Part shown: one piece after another, positions 1 to 13,700 of the stretch | How the letters are laid out: the number at the start of each line of letters is the position of its first letter | Position numbering within the stretch: the first letter of the stretch is position 1 | Source of the DNA: Patellaria atrata CBS 101060 | Taxonomy: Eukaryota | DNA: 64,000 nucleotides | NCBI GenBank assembly: GCA_010093705.1 | Contig: MU006114.1 | Location: forward strand, 62,001-126,000 | Direction of reading: 5' to 3' | Made by a program: the position numbers and the translations under genes | Notes under the pieces: generated by a model | What the model saw: only the letters and a program-made list of their open reading frames with translations | What the model was told of the DNA's origin: nothing | Database searches by the model: none

Positions 1-627
1 CGGCGTTATAGGCAGTTATAGTGAGACCGTTTAGAGGAGGAGAAAAGGGCGATGCTAACGGTTGATGAGGCTGTGAGTACTGCAGTGGATGAATAAGGGA
101 AAAGTACTCCGCGATTTCTTCTCGCGTAGGAAGTTGCAACAGGAAATTCGACGACTCTCCACTATTCCCACGAAAAGAATATGTAGTTTCAGAGAGCGTC
201 GATTCTGGGATCACAGTAGCAGCTAATGGTGTGGATGCATAGATGTCGTCAAGCAGGGTTCTGCCTAAGGAGATAACTGGAGTCGTTGCATACACGGGAA
301 TTCGTTTGAAGAGGGGGATATGTTTACAGCAATGTGCATATGCCCCGAGGTGGTTAAGGGTAGGATGCGTCAGTAAAATTACGGATAGTGTAGGGACATT
401 CCTAGAATATATTAGTAGACGTAGCTAAGAATCGAGAAACGGATGAAATTGGATCGCAAATGCGATCTCTCCACAACTCACTTCTCTAATTCCTTCAATG
501 CCGCAACATCAAATGAGCCGTCCCATCCTACATCAACGAGTATTTTGATACCACCATCAAGCTCTAAGAGCGATTGTGACGCCAAAGACGAGGACTGCGC
601 ACCGAGGAGGGGGGTGAAGTTGAACAT
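1..627 (-). CDS. CFT2: Cleavage and polyadenylation factor 2 (CPSF100/Cft2), 5' part; runs off the left edge
   Basis: Not in the ORF track. ATG at 627; exon 627-482 (MFNFTPLLGAQSSSLASQSLLELDGGIKILVDVGWDGSFD...), intron 481-402 (GTGAGT..CTAAT..TAG), then NVPTLSVILLTHPTLNHLGAYAHCCKHIPLFKRIPVYATTPVISLGRTLLDDIY...LLQLPTREEIAEYFSLIHPLQYSQPHQPLASPFSPPLNGLTITAYNA. This is the metallo-beta-lactamase-fold N-terminus typical of fungal Cft2. Confidence 0.93.
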
Positions 628-3600
628 CTGGGTTCAAGGTGTAATTGCTATATTCCGATGGTATTAACTGATTGACGCGACTTCATCTGGGAAAGAGACA
701 AAGACATGTGATGGAGATGATATAGTAAGCTTAGATTCTTGAGGGGTAGATTGCGAGAGACATTCGTCGCGTTTAAGTCCCGATGACCAGCACGCACGTT
801 GCTACTGTCACGTTTACTAGCTTGAAGCGTACTTTTGTAACTTTTAGGTTGAGCTCTTCAGGCTCTCTCGATTACTTTTTGTTCTTTTTGCAACTGTTTG
901 CTCGCCCTGTAAATATGCCAAGCATAATATTATTCCAGCTCACGGCAAGTAGAGCCGACTACAAGTGTTGACTGCCAGTCTGCCACTTCTTCACCCTCCC
1001 TCTCCCATCCACACCTCAACCCAAGTTACTGTTATTGGTACCTTGCATTCCCCAACGTGACTGTGAGAAAATGCGGGCTCCATGCAACCTTATTATTACC
1101 TCATCATTTCACTGTTTTGGGAATTGATCTGTTGTTCTGTGGGCTGCATCGAACGTACTCTACTCTCGCTCATCGTCGTAGGCGAAATAAAGCGGGCGAA
1201 TTCAGTCAGTTCTTCAATCTTCATATTCTCCAGCTAATATTACATGCCTCAAAACGAGTTATTATGCATTCCCCTAATCATCAGTTTCTTTTACATCTAC
1301 TGTTGTGGTGTGTGGTATTACACCGTACCTAGCTGAGATTTTATTCTATGAGCGTTACTTCTATGTAAGACTACATTTTCATCTGTTAGCTTCAGTCGAG
1401 CAGATCACATTTTCCCTAGGAATGTTGAGCGCTCTCCTATGGGGAAGAGGCCTCATATTCATAGCTGTATCTGGTGTGTGCTTGATCGAATCCTTCAAGA
1501 CTTCGGTCTGAGCAAGCTAATAGGAGAACAGACGACAGATAGGTATCGATCCCTTTGTCGAAATCCGAACGGTGCCTACGTATATCTAAGGTCATGGATT
1601 CCGGCAGCTTAAAACTGTGTCTCAAGCGTACTTTAAGGCTTACAAAGGTAAGACCATGAGTCAAATCCGTAGTAGAGGTCCACGCAATGCTCCTCCCCTA
1701 CACCGACTGTGCAACATCTATCTCCGCCAAATAATTCGAATATGGACCACTCATTGCTGGACATGAACCCCCAAAGGGGGTCTCGTGGACATTCATTTCC
1801 CGGGACTGAAGATAGGTCGCGATCGGTCAGCTTCGATGGCGTTCAAGGCTTGGTAGCATGGTATGTTTGCCCTTTTACTTCTTATTAAGGGCATATGACC
1901 CTTCTGTGGGTAGACATTTTTACGAAATACGATCAGAGGACGGGAATCTCGAACTCTAATTGCAACTCTATTCTCCTCTCTTTGGGGTTCAGGTTAACAT
2001 TGAGAAATATATGTCTTATGATAGGGACTTCAAAAGCTAGGTATGCATGGATCTTCCCTGACTTAGGTCTCTGGGATAAGCGCATGGTCCATTTTGCGGT
2101 CTTTACACCCATCTCTTAGACGATTAAAGCCAAGAAAGATGTCTTGCTCCACTACTTCATGCAATGCATGCCACCACACTTACCCCACGATTCCCAACTT
2201 TCGTACTGGCTCAAAGGTGGACTCGCTAGCACCTTCAAATACTCAAGCATTTTCTTACCATATATGACGACCCAGTCCGGGTGTCTAGGCTAGTGATACT
2301 GTATTCACATGAGGGCCTGACAAAAATAATGAAGATTGTACTGTACTTGTACTGAGGTGTACTTGTACTTTACCTCGTCTTTTCACCTATGACAACTCTT
2401 TATATTACCCTCAGTCCTATGGGATTAGGCATTATTGTTATACAGAAAATTGTCATCACCAAACTCCTACCCGAACACATCTATATGCATGCGATCGATC
2501 GGGACACGAGTTATCTTTTCCATTATCTTAAAGATATCAACCAAGAGCAAGTTCGCCACACCTTGAAAGCTTCAGCTCTCCAGAAGTACTGACTGTGCAT
2601 GCACTCATCAAGGCTTGGGGGATGTCTGAGAGTATGTTTCCTTCGTCCTCCGCAGCTTCTTTCTAGATCCATATGTTTAACCTTTTACCTTGCGTCTCTA
2701 GTTTGCTAATAACGTCGCGACCCTCTCAGGGTCTATGATTACTTTACCGTGTTCATCCGGCTTGCCCATCAATCCTACGAACGCCAGATCTGCAAGAAGG
2801 CCCCGCATATACCGTCCTTGCTTTTTGCGGCTTCAAACGTTCGTGCATTTAAACACTATATCGGGTCCAGTCCAAGGACCTTTTCATTCCTCAGGTTCTG
2901 TAAGGCTTGGATTTAAAGATTACAACCCCGCAGTCTCTAGGATGATGCCCTTTCCTCATAACTATTTGTTGTCAACGGGGTAACCCCTAGTTGTGGTCTT
3001 GATTTGTTGAGCTAGACAGAAATGCATTATTATAATTAGGACGAATTTCGCCATGCAGCACTCCCGCACAAAGCACTTACCCTTACGAGTCACACCATCC
3101 ACGACTGGCTGGATAGTCACCTACCTTATTAGCTGATACTGCGTAAGTTACTTTTGGGTTGTACAGATAAGGTACCCGGTACAGTAAGGTACGGTCTACT
3201 ACTCAGGTACTCCGTATAGAAGTTGTCCTACCACGCCTACCATTCTACGTCTGCACTCTTTACCGATATCTTTTCAACAATAGCACAGATACAGATGAAG
3301 CGGCACGGAGAGACGGCTTGCAAGGTTACTGCATTCAATGGGGTTTGCTGCTTTTCTTCTTCGTCTCTAAAAGCGAAGCTGGCAAGCGTACGGTGACCGG
3401 TTACTAGTAGTATTTGCGCCGATGGCATCTTAGGTTTACGGTTACGCTGCCGTTTCTTGATGGCGTTCACCTGGAAAGCAGATCATCTAGCTAGCTTGAA
3501 TTTCGTGACCTGGTGAAATTCTGGGATGCCTCAAACCTTCTAGTTACTCGTTCTACCTAGACACAGACAAATCAAGGTCTTCAAGGCCGGCACTCCGAGG

Positions 3601-4480
3601 CGCAATCTTACAGGGTTTGAATTAACATTCTTCTCGCAGAACTCGCATCCTTCAGCCAGAGTGCCAAAGCTCTTTCGCCGAAGCTATACTAGTCAAAAGT
3701 TTACTTGGAGCGACTTGTGTGGCCGGATCTCTCCATTATTGCCTACATTTAGCTCCATGGGATCAACAATCATGACAGCGATTGTCATTTTGAGCCACAG
3801 TGCTCTCTCATACTCCCTGCTCTGATGCAATGTACATCTTCTCACCTTTACCATAAATCATTCTTTGCATTAAAAGCTTCGCTCTCGCAGGCCGGTTATC
3901 TTGCAGCCAAGGACGCCCCAGTTCCTATCCTGAAGCTTTCCAATAGGACCATAGGTGATCAAGAGCGATATCTACTGTTGACCTTTCTCACACAAAGACG
4001 GGCCGATTTAACTCAGCGCTCCCTACTACTCTATAGTTAAGTGGCCTACTACCTTCCATTCGCTCCCCGCTTCGTAATCCAGCTGGTTTGCACATCATTT
4101 TCAAGGATTCGAGGGTGCTGGGGCATCCGCTCAAAAGCCTTCTGCTTTCGCTACTACGATCAGCAAGTACGAACCGAACAGAAGAGGCGAGAAGATCATC
4201 CGACTATCAACATAATTGACGAGGAAAATCAACACCATTCCTGAAAAGCGAACACAAAGTCCATCTCAGGATTGTCCCTCCGAGGTCTCAAGGTTGGTCA
4301 CTAGCAAGCAAAACCCTGTCTTTTATGGTTACGAGTGCTCGTACGGGAGTTTTGCGCTAAAGCCCTCTCGTCCCCGCTCTTCCTGTTTCGCCCATTTATC
4401 ATTCGCAGTTGACCCGAGCGCGGTAGGTTTATCACTCCCCATTTCACTTTCTCACATTGCTCATTATTTAAAATATTAAA

Positions 4481-4492
4481 ATGACACTGTAA
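4481..4492 (+). promoter_or_regulatory. Three-codon upstream ORF (M-T-L-stop) in frame with the downstream C6 factor; alternatively a micro first exon
   Basis: AAAATGACACTGTAA at 4478-4492, 258 nt (86 codons) upstream of ATG 4739. The frame has no stop from 4493 to 4738. Confidence 0.5.
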
Positions 4493-4738
4493 CTCACCAA
4501 TTCACTCCGGCTGACTCCAGTACTCAGATCACCGCTTAAATCACAGCGGAACACCGTCAAGATTGCCGACCCACCGGTAACGTCGGCTGAGTCGTCTCGG
4601 TCTACCAGGGCAATTCCCGAGCCTGTTCGAGAAATTGGGGGCTCGACGGCATCGAATGAATCGCCTTCATATTCCTTCATAGCAAATGCGCAATACCCAA
4701 CACCACCCTCCTATATTCATTCTGTAGACAAAGTATCT

Positions 4739-6568
4739 ATGCAAATGGCGGCAGATGTTGTATTCGGCCCTACCCTTCCGACAGTACTGGTTTATCCACG
4801 TCTTAGCATCAGTTCCTCGTCCCAGACCTCCCCCGAATCAAGCGAGTCACCCAAGAATCCTTCTACATATTCCTTCAGTGTACGCTATTCGAGTGAAGCT
4901 CCGAGTGAGACTGTTACACCCAAGATTGAAGAGCTGGACGAAGAGGGCGTGGACGATGTCAAGATTCCTCTTGCGGATGACGCTTCTTTGCCATCGCCAA
5001 CAACAAGTATAATTACAAAACGTCCTCGAGGAAGACCGCGAAAACATCCAGTTTCTCCTTCCACACCAATCGTGAAACCCTCAAAAGGCCGCTCGAAAAC
5101 CGGTTGCATCACTTGTAGGCGGCGCAAGAAGAAATGTGACGAGGCTAAGCCACATTGTAAGTGGAATATTCATCCTAAAATTGAATCCCTTGGGATATCA
5201 ACTGACATAGGCCAGGCTTGTGTTGTCAGAAGAACAATGTTCATTGTGAGGGATATCAGCCTAAGGAGTATTGGAAAAGTGGGAAACAAAAAGCATTAGA
5301 AGGTAGAGTATTTGCTGCTCAACGGTCGGAAGCCCCCACATACAGTGTTAACGCGGTTTATAGGACGGAGAGCTAGCATTGGAATTCCTAAAGAACTCCC
5401 GCAGCTAATAGTAGGCGTGGAAGATGAAGTTGACCGTTTCTTTCTGGACCACTTCAACTACAATGTTAGCAGGGTTCTCAGTCTCTTCACAGAAAAACAT
5501 AATCCCTTCAAAGAGCTCCTGCTTCCGATGGCGATCCGTCACCGTGGTCTGATGCATTCACTCCTTTGCCTTTCCGGATCTCACTTGACGACACATCCGC
5601 CTGCGGACGAGGATAACCTTCGATTGATTAGATTCGAGAACAGGAAGCTGTATCATTTTGATCGAGCCCTCGAAAACCTAAGGAAAGACGAGAACATGGC
5701 TAAATCAATAGCAGGGGATTCAGCGGCCTTGATTGACGACCCAACCGTAGCACAAACCCTTGTCTTATGCCTGAAAACCATTATTGCGGGAGAAGTGAAT
5801 GGCGAGTACCGATCACACATGGACGTCACCAAATATCTATATCAAACTCAGACCTCCCCCAATGTGGAGTTCCAGACTTTCCTTGCAGAGTTCTTTATCT
5901 ATCATGATGTGTCGAATTCGGTCACCTCGCTGGATCGCAGGTCCCTCCTCATGGATGATTTCGAACTTCCGAAATTTATGGTTCAGCCGGAAGCTGGAGC
6001 GCTGCTTGGCGTGGTTGATGGGCTTTTCGTTTATCTCAGCAAGATCAGGCAATTACGAGACAAGATAAGATGGAGAAAAACGCAGAATCTAAGACCGTTG
6101 GTCGACTACGAGCTCTTGAGCAGCGCACAGGCTATTGATGCAGGATTGAGGACGTGGGAATGCGCACAAAAGCAAGATACTCCTCGCTACATGGCCTCGA
6201 TGCTCTACCGACAGTGTACTTGGCTCTATCTTCATCGCACCATTCTACCGTCACAGCCTAGTCCCAACCTTGCCGCTGCTGTTGATGAAGGTCTCGAGTA
6301 CCTCAAACAGCTTCCACCCGATGCGTCGACTCAAAGCATCCTGTTGATGCCGCTGTTCTTACTCGGCTGCGCTGCATTCGCGGAATATCAGCGACCACCT
6401 ATCCGAGAAGCTTTCGCTGGACTACAAGCTTACTCCAATCTCGGAAACATCAAATACGCCAAAGCTGTAGTTGAAAAGGTCTGGGAGATGATGGACGCTG
6501 GGGACGAAGAATCATGGGATTGGGAAACGATTCAACAAAAACAAGGCTGGGATTTCCTCGTCACTTGA
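4739..6568 (+). CDS. AT-hook + Zn(II)2Cys6 transcription factor with C-terminal fungal-specific TF domain (Acr-2-like)
   Basis: KRPRGRPRK AT-hook. CITCRRRKKKCDEAKPHC|LCCQKNNVHCEGY binuclear cluster is restored by intron 5157-5215; intron 5303-5363 joins the 5312-6568 ORF (NPFKELLLPMA..., LFLLGCAA..., WDWE..GWDFLVT). The true start may lie upstream. Confidence 0.88.
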
Positions 6569-9500
6569 GGCTTTTTCCTCCTATCGGGCTTTGATTGACG
6601 CGTGTGCAATCCTGGAGCAGGGTAGAGGATTCATTATTAATTCTGAGGTTCACGGAGTTTCGGGACCAGGGTTCTAGCAGGTATACTATTGCTATTGTTA
6701 TTGCTATTTCCTGTTGCTGCTATGTTGCTATCGCATTTACTGGGTGCTCGGAGGGCGGCTGGTAGGCGGCTAGGACAAAAAACAATGGTGTCACTGTGTT
6801 TTTGGAAGAGGTATTCTCGTTTAATGGCGTCTTCTGTTTAATGATAGCGCAAGCCAGCGCATCCGGACTTCACGATTGGGGGTTATGGAGTTTAAACTTT
6901 TGTCTTGCATTTCATACCATTTTCAGTTTTCAGGACTCCCCGGGTTCCCCTCATCTCAGCTCTAGGAAGCTGGCAGGATTAGGACGGGATTGTCGTCTTT
7001 CGCTTGTAGCTGCATGTATGTATGAGTTCTAGGTACCTGTTGGGTACTGTAGGTACCTGCTGGTACTCGCCTTGAGGTGCTCCACAAGGTGCTTCATCCT
7101 CGCAAAGATCCTGTCTCGAGCATGTATCTACTGTACAGGTACCCTTCTGTAATCTGTTTAGGCAGGCTTAACCCCAACATTCGCCAACATCGGGAGTTCT
7201 TCCCCGCTGCGGGCCCCGAAACAGACGCATAGATTCTGCATATCACCAGTGTACCTTTTGCATATCATTGCTTGTAACTTGTCAAACTCGTTGCATGCCG
7301 TCTGCAGCATTATCATTCGTTTGGCGCCAACGGAGAGACTGATTGCATTATTCGTCTTCCATCGAAGTGGCACCTTTTGGTGATCTCGGCTTCTCGGCCT
7401 ACGGATCTGCCGCAATTTTAGCAGCGTCAGGTAAGCGTTCCTAAAGGTTTCCCTCCTAAACTTCCTACAGTACCCCAACAATCCCCCCTCATTCACCCCC
7501 CAAACAGCCCCATTGTCCCCCCTCATGCCCCCTCATCCCCACAAAATCGTTCGTCTCAGACGCTCGTGGGCGTCTTCCGTTCTCCCCACGGCGTGCCATC
7601 TCGCTGGTTCCTGTACCCGCCAGGCTGTATTCACTAACATTATAGGGGTCCTTGCGACATATGTTGTCAAAATTACTCCTCGATCCTTCGATGCGGCACG
7701 AAAGCAACGGTACCTTTCCACTGTAAACTCACACTTTTGACTTTCCATCTCTGTAACGTCAAAAAGAGTGCAAAAGCCGTCCAAAGGCCGAATATCCGCC
7801 AGTGATTGCCGCTACAATATCAGTGTGCTTGCTAATTGCCATGACGCTTCTCCCGGAACGGAATTTGGAGATTGAATTCACCGTATGTTGCTCTGCCATT
7901 GGTCGCCTCAAAGTCAACCACGAGCTGCTTCAAGGTAAGTACTTTGTGGGCTTTCCAACCACGAGTCCACGAAAAAGGGATGAGCATGGTTCTCAGCAGG
8001 ACTTTTGCCGTTTCAATTATTTCATCCGCGTCCACACAGGGCCTGACTCCACTACACTGACTGATAGTGGGTCCGGATAAAAAGATTCAAAGTCATGGCA
8101 CCATCCTGGGAGGGTCATCACGATGAATTTCTGGAACAACATATGAACCACTCTCACGGAACTGACCCTTAGAGAAGGAAAGGCGTGGGGGTTTCATGTG
8201 GGATATCTGAACATTTCACCCACACCGCAAAACCACCTCCTTCTAGGGGGATAATGAATCCAAGTTTCTATTGACTCTATGCGCCATTTACTGGGTATAT
8301 TCAACGGTCGTTATCGTGAACGTTAACTGACAAACTAGGATTCCGAGTCAGAATCAGGTCACAATCAGTGGATCAACATATCAGAACTATTGTTTTTTTT
8401 TTTCAAAAACTAGCAAAGATTCTCCTTTATATTTGGCATTATCTGGTTTATCCACTATATCTAGCGTCAATCTGGCAATTTTCTCTCTCTTTTAGTCTTC
8501 GAGCATGAAAAACCACCATGAATTGAAGCAAGCGAGAAGCTAACCTTCCATCACCTCCTTCGGGTTTCTCCCTTCAGCCGTTGCTCCGTACCGCATCCAA
8601 GATGTGCTGACGACATTTGACGACAAGCGCCAGAACTGATATTGCGGAGCATGCTTATTCTTCGCCAATTCGCAACATAGGGGGTGTAGTTAGACTCGGT
8701 TGGCTGGCGGAAAGAATATAGAGATATTGCTCCAGCTCCAGCATCATTTTTCCTGTCATATGGAATACGGACCAAGCAGAATCTCACTCCTCTAAATGAA
8801 CGTCTGTTGATTGTGGCGCTGTCACTGCTGATTCCCCACAATTTGACTGAAGATCGTCTTTCAGGTTCGAGGATGCAAGTCAGTATAAAGTAGCACAGAT
8901 AAGGCAAGAAGAAGGGCACAAGCTTTCTGACATCAAATTTGCCGAGACAATTCGCCACGATGGTCGACTAATCAGGGCATATTATTTTATTGAAGTCTCG
9001 AGGCTTACGGGCTTATGATAAGGTTCTTGGTCTCCTATTCGATGCCATCACTTCACTCTCTTGCGGTGTGTCCCAACACTTGAATCCATCCTGTGTAACT
9101 ATGGTCATATGGTCTAAACGGTGACAGAATATTAAGCCTGGAACAAGAGCGGAGCAATGCCAATGCTTAAAGAGGTTGGCAGCTTATCATTTAATAGATA
9201 CTCTCTTTGGTTTAGGTGTACGGAGCACAGCAAGACAATCTAACCGTCAACCAGGATTACTTTCAGCCTCTGAAGAACTTGCTTTGAATCCACGTGGAGT
9301 TCTGTTCCTGGCCTTTTGAAGAGTGGACAGCTGGAGATAACAAAGCCAGGAGCTCGATCGACGGAGGAAGATAGACGCTTTCACACTTTTGGTCACACTT
9401 GCATGATGAATCGCACGGACCGTACCGTTAATAGGTGAAGTATTATTGAAACCTATAATTCAAGTTAAAGCCACACAAGATACTAGACTGGTAGTCTGGT

Positions 9501-10762
9501 ACTTTCTACTCTATCCCGGAGGAAATGGATAATATCTAATTGTTTGTTCGATCACTACTATTTTAAGAATATCTACAGGGGTACAGGTTGAATACAAGGT
9601 AGCCCTAAGCTGAAACTCCAAAGCGTAAGTTATCCCTAGAAGAGCGCGGAAACTGACGGCTTCAGATAAACTATGGAACGCGTGGGGAGAGCAACGGATT
9701 AGCAGAGAGTCTACGTAGTTAGACCTCCTCGGTCTCGGGAGACTATATGTTAGTGGCGGTTGCAATTCCTTGGGTCATAGTAGCGTACTTGTTGTTCAGA
9801 AGTCAAAACAACAAATTCAGCAAACCGGGTCCAGATAGAAGAAGACGATATGCGTGGTCAGCCCTATGCGTTATGCCTGTATCTCGTGGAACACATCCTC
9901 ATGGAGGACGAGGATAGCTCGAGGAGGAAGGGATCACGTCAGTGTCTTGGCCTCAATATGGCTCTGATTCAGTTTGACGACCCGGTATGCCGAAGGAGTT
10001 GTCGTGCCGTCTGACATGCTTTTAGAGCATCGACCACTTCCCGTCACCCCGATCGATGCTTGATAAATTGATAAGGCTCTCCAGTCTACTGTATCCGCTC
10101 CTATTTCCGAGCTCTTAAACTGGCTCTGGTCAACCTGGAGCTTACACTCTCGGGTGAGGGAAAGGAGGCAAAATGTGCTGATGACCCCCTTTTGGTGAGA
10201 TATCATATCCTCGTACTGTACAGCACCTTCCGTTCTTTTCCAGGCAAAGTCGCAACTGCACGTCCAGCGCTCTCACAGACCTCCACCTCCCCTTAAGTTA
10301 AGGACACCTCAGTCTTTCCTACTGGCCTCTCACCGTCGTACGCCGCAACGCAGGCTTTCAGGACCTGCCGGAGCAAAAGATGGGTTGCCTGTCATCTCCA
10401 GTTTTAGCACATCATCCTCACCAATAATGCGTGAGTTTTCAAATAGTCAAGAGTTTGCTTTACCCCATCTGGTAAGGTCTCTTCAATTCCAACATCAACC
10501 GTAATGATCGGCTACCAGCCGAGGTTGGTACGAGCTTCATTCTGACGCGGGGGAAGCTCCCAAAAGACAAACAACCTTATGTTGAAAAACAAAAAATATT
10601 TTGTGTGCGAAGTTTCATTCTTTTGATGTCACCACAACGGCTGTGGCGTGTTCTCTCATTAACATCTTCAATTTTCTTGTCAAAGCCCTAAATCAGCTGA
10701 TCTCTTTCTCGATGCGCTCCATGCTCAGTATTGCGCACTCCTCCCAATGAAGTTTAGCTGCC

Positions 10763-13700
10763 ATGGATTCATCCGATCCCGACGCCATCGGGAGAGGAGC
10801 TGAGCTTGAAGCCACCATCAACCAGACGACCAACCAACAATCAAGACCCGAGGAGACAAGATCGGACCGTGATACTCATACCAACCTCAGCCACAGTATT
10901 GACGAAAACGACATCTCTCTTCGAGGCGTTGACCCGGTAAATGTTCATGTCCACAATCTTTCTGTGTCTGTAGACATCTCCCCAAGCCGCATCGCTACTC
11001 TCTTCAAAACAAAGAATGAAGCCACCCAGAATGTCAAGACAATTCTGGATGATGTATCTGCGGAAATGCCTACCGGCACTCTTACTGCTATCATTGGCAG
11101 CAGTGGTAGCGGGAAGACCTCTATGCTTAATGTGATGTCTCAACGCATGCACGGTCGTCGATTGGCCGTATCGGGCTCTGTTTTGTATAATGGCTCCCAA
11201 GACCTCTCAAGCATTCGCAGTGCCTACGTTATGCAACAAGATGTTCTGATCCCAACGTTGACTGTACGAGAGACTTTGAAATATGCTGCTGATTTGCGTT
11301 TTCCGTCATCTGTCTCGAAAGAGGAGCGGCATAGAGTCGTAGAAGAGGTCATTATCGAATTGGGCTTAAAGGAAGCCGCGAATACTCGCATTGGGAACAG
11401 CACGCATAAGGGATGTAGCGGTGGGGAGAAGAGGAGGACTAGCATTGGAGTACAGGTAACCTGCTTTTGATCGACCTTACATCGACATTTGGACGCTGAT
11501 GAATCAAGTAGATGCTTGCTAATCCTTCAGTTCTATTCCTCGATGAGCCAACTACTGGCCTAGATGCAACGAGCGCTTTTCAGCTTATCCGCACCCTAAA
11601 GCATTTAGCAAAGAAGGGCAGAACGATCATTACGACTAGTATGATCACTCTCGCTCTCCATGCGCATCTCACTAATTCTTCATAGTTCATCAACCTAGGT
11701 CCGAGATATGGAGCCTCTTTGACCGTATCATACTGTTAACGAAGGGCTCTCCTGCATACTCTGGGGCTACCACAGATTGTTTACCTTATTTTGCGGAGCT
11801 TGGATACGTCTTACCTCCTTTCATTAACCCTGCGGAGTACTTGATTGATATTGTAGCTATTGATAGTCGATCAGAGGAACTTGAGAAGGAGTCTTCTGAT
11901 CGAGTAGAAGCTATTCGGCAGGCCTGGCGCAATCACTCCTCAGACTTATCTGAACCAAAGGATGAGAAAGCCTTGCTTATCAATAAACCTGCGCCTGAAA
12001 AACGAAAGTTGACCATAAAATCACAGTCGCCAAGTTCAAGCTGCTTACAGCAAACCCAGGTCTTAACCAGGAGAACATTCATTGTGACCATCCGGGATCC
12101 CATGGGAGTAATGGGGAGCTTGGTTGAGGTGGTTGGTATCTCCGTTATCTGTGGGTGGATCTTCTTAGATCTAGATGGCAGTCAGACCGGTATACGCTCA
12201 AGATTAGGAGCATTATACAATGCATCATCTCTGCAAGGGTATCTCATCCTATTATATGAGATTTATCGTCTCACCAGTGACATCCAACTCTTCGACCGCG
12301 AACGAGGAGAAGGGGTTGTGGGCATATTTTCGTTTCTCTTTAGTCGCAGATTAGCCCGTGCAGTGCTTGAGGATATTCCCGTCCCACTTATATTCTCAAT
12401 CATTTACTACTTTATGGTAGGTTTTCGAGCGGACGGCGGCCAGTTCCTCACCTTTTTTAGTATATGTCTTATATTGCATTTTCTATGCATGAATCTCGCC
12501 ATGGTTTGCATTGCACTTTCACGGAACTTTGCTGGAGCTTCTTTGATTGCAAACTTAATATACACACTCCAATCCATGGCGTGCGGATACTTCATCACCG
12601 CGAATTCCATGCCGATATACGTGCGATGGACGAAATGGACAGCGTATCTGGTGCGTAACCTTATCTCAACCTTTTCGTGAACGGTAACGGAACCGTGCTA
12701 ATGTAACGTATAGTTTTACGCCTTTGGAGCGCTGACTGCAAACGAATTCGTCGGTCACTTCTATGATTGTCCTGAGGAAGGGGGACCTGATAACCCTGAG
12801 TGCAAACCTTGGACTGGCGAATTCATTATGGAGTCTATTGGCATGCCGGACAATTGGGTCTGGAGACCAATCATAGTACTCGTCGCCTTTACAGTTGCAT
12901 TCTTTATAGGGGCTGGGCTCATCCTCAGATTCTTCAAATCCGAAATGATCATGTCTCGACCACGAGCAACGGACACCGATGATTCCGCGGGCAAAGAAAT
13001 TTTGACGGCAAGGTCAAATCATGGTATTCGAACGGTCAATATCCGACTCGATGAATACGCCTTGGAGATTGAGAAGCGCAAATGGTGGGGTACAAAGGCC
13101 GCGAACCTCAGTATTTTGAAGCCAGTTACAGCTGAATTTCAAGCGGGAGTCTTGAATGTCATAATGGGTTCAAGCGGAAGTGGAAAGACGAGCTTACTAA
13201 ATTTGATGACTCGAAGATTGACAGACAACTTCACAACTAAATATCACCCGTCAGGACGAATGCTCATCAATGGAGCTATCCCTTCAGAGTCGGTGGTACA
13301 GTCGATTTGCTCCTTCGTTACGCAAGACGACGATGCCCTATTACCATCCTTAACTGTCCGAGAAACATTGCGTTTCGCTGCTGGCTTACGACTACCGTCC
13401 TGGATGTCGAAAGAAGAGAAGACACAACGCGCGGAGTCGGTGCTCTTGAAGATGGGGTTAAAAGACTGCGCGGATAACCTAATTGGTGGCGAACTCGTGA
13501 AAGGTATCAGTGGCGGAGAGAAGAGAAGAGTCACAATTGCTGTGCAAATTTTGACTGATCCGCGGGTCTTGCTGCTGGATGAACCTACTTCCGGACTTGA
13601 TGCATTCACGGCGTCTTCTATCATCGAAGTACTCAAAGGCCTTGCCGATGAAGGTCGAACGTTGATTCTCACGATCCATCAATCTCGAAGCGATCTTTTC

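Noticed and set aside
6600..10700. Short ORFs between the C6 factor and the ABC transporter
   Set aside because: No recognisable domains and no consistent spliced model, despite a donor near 7935.
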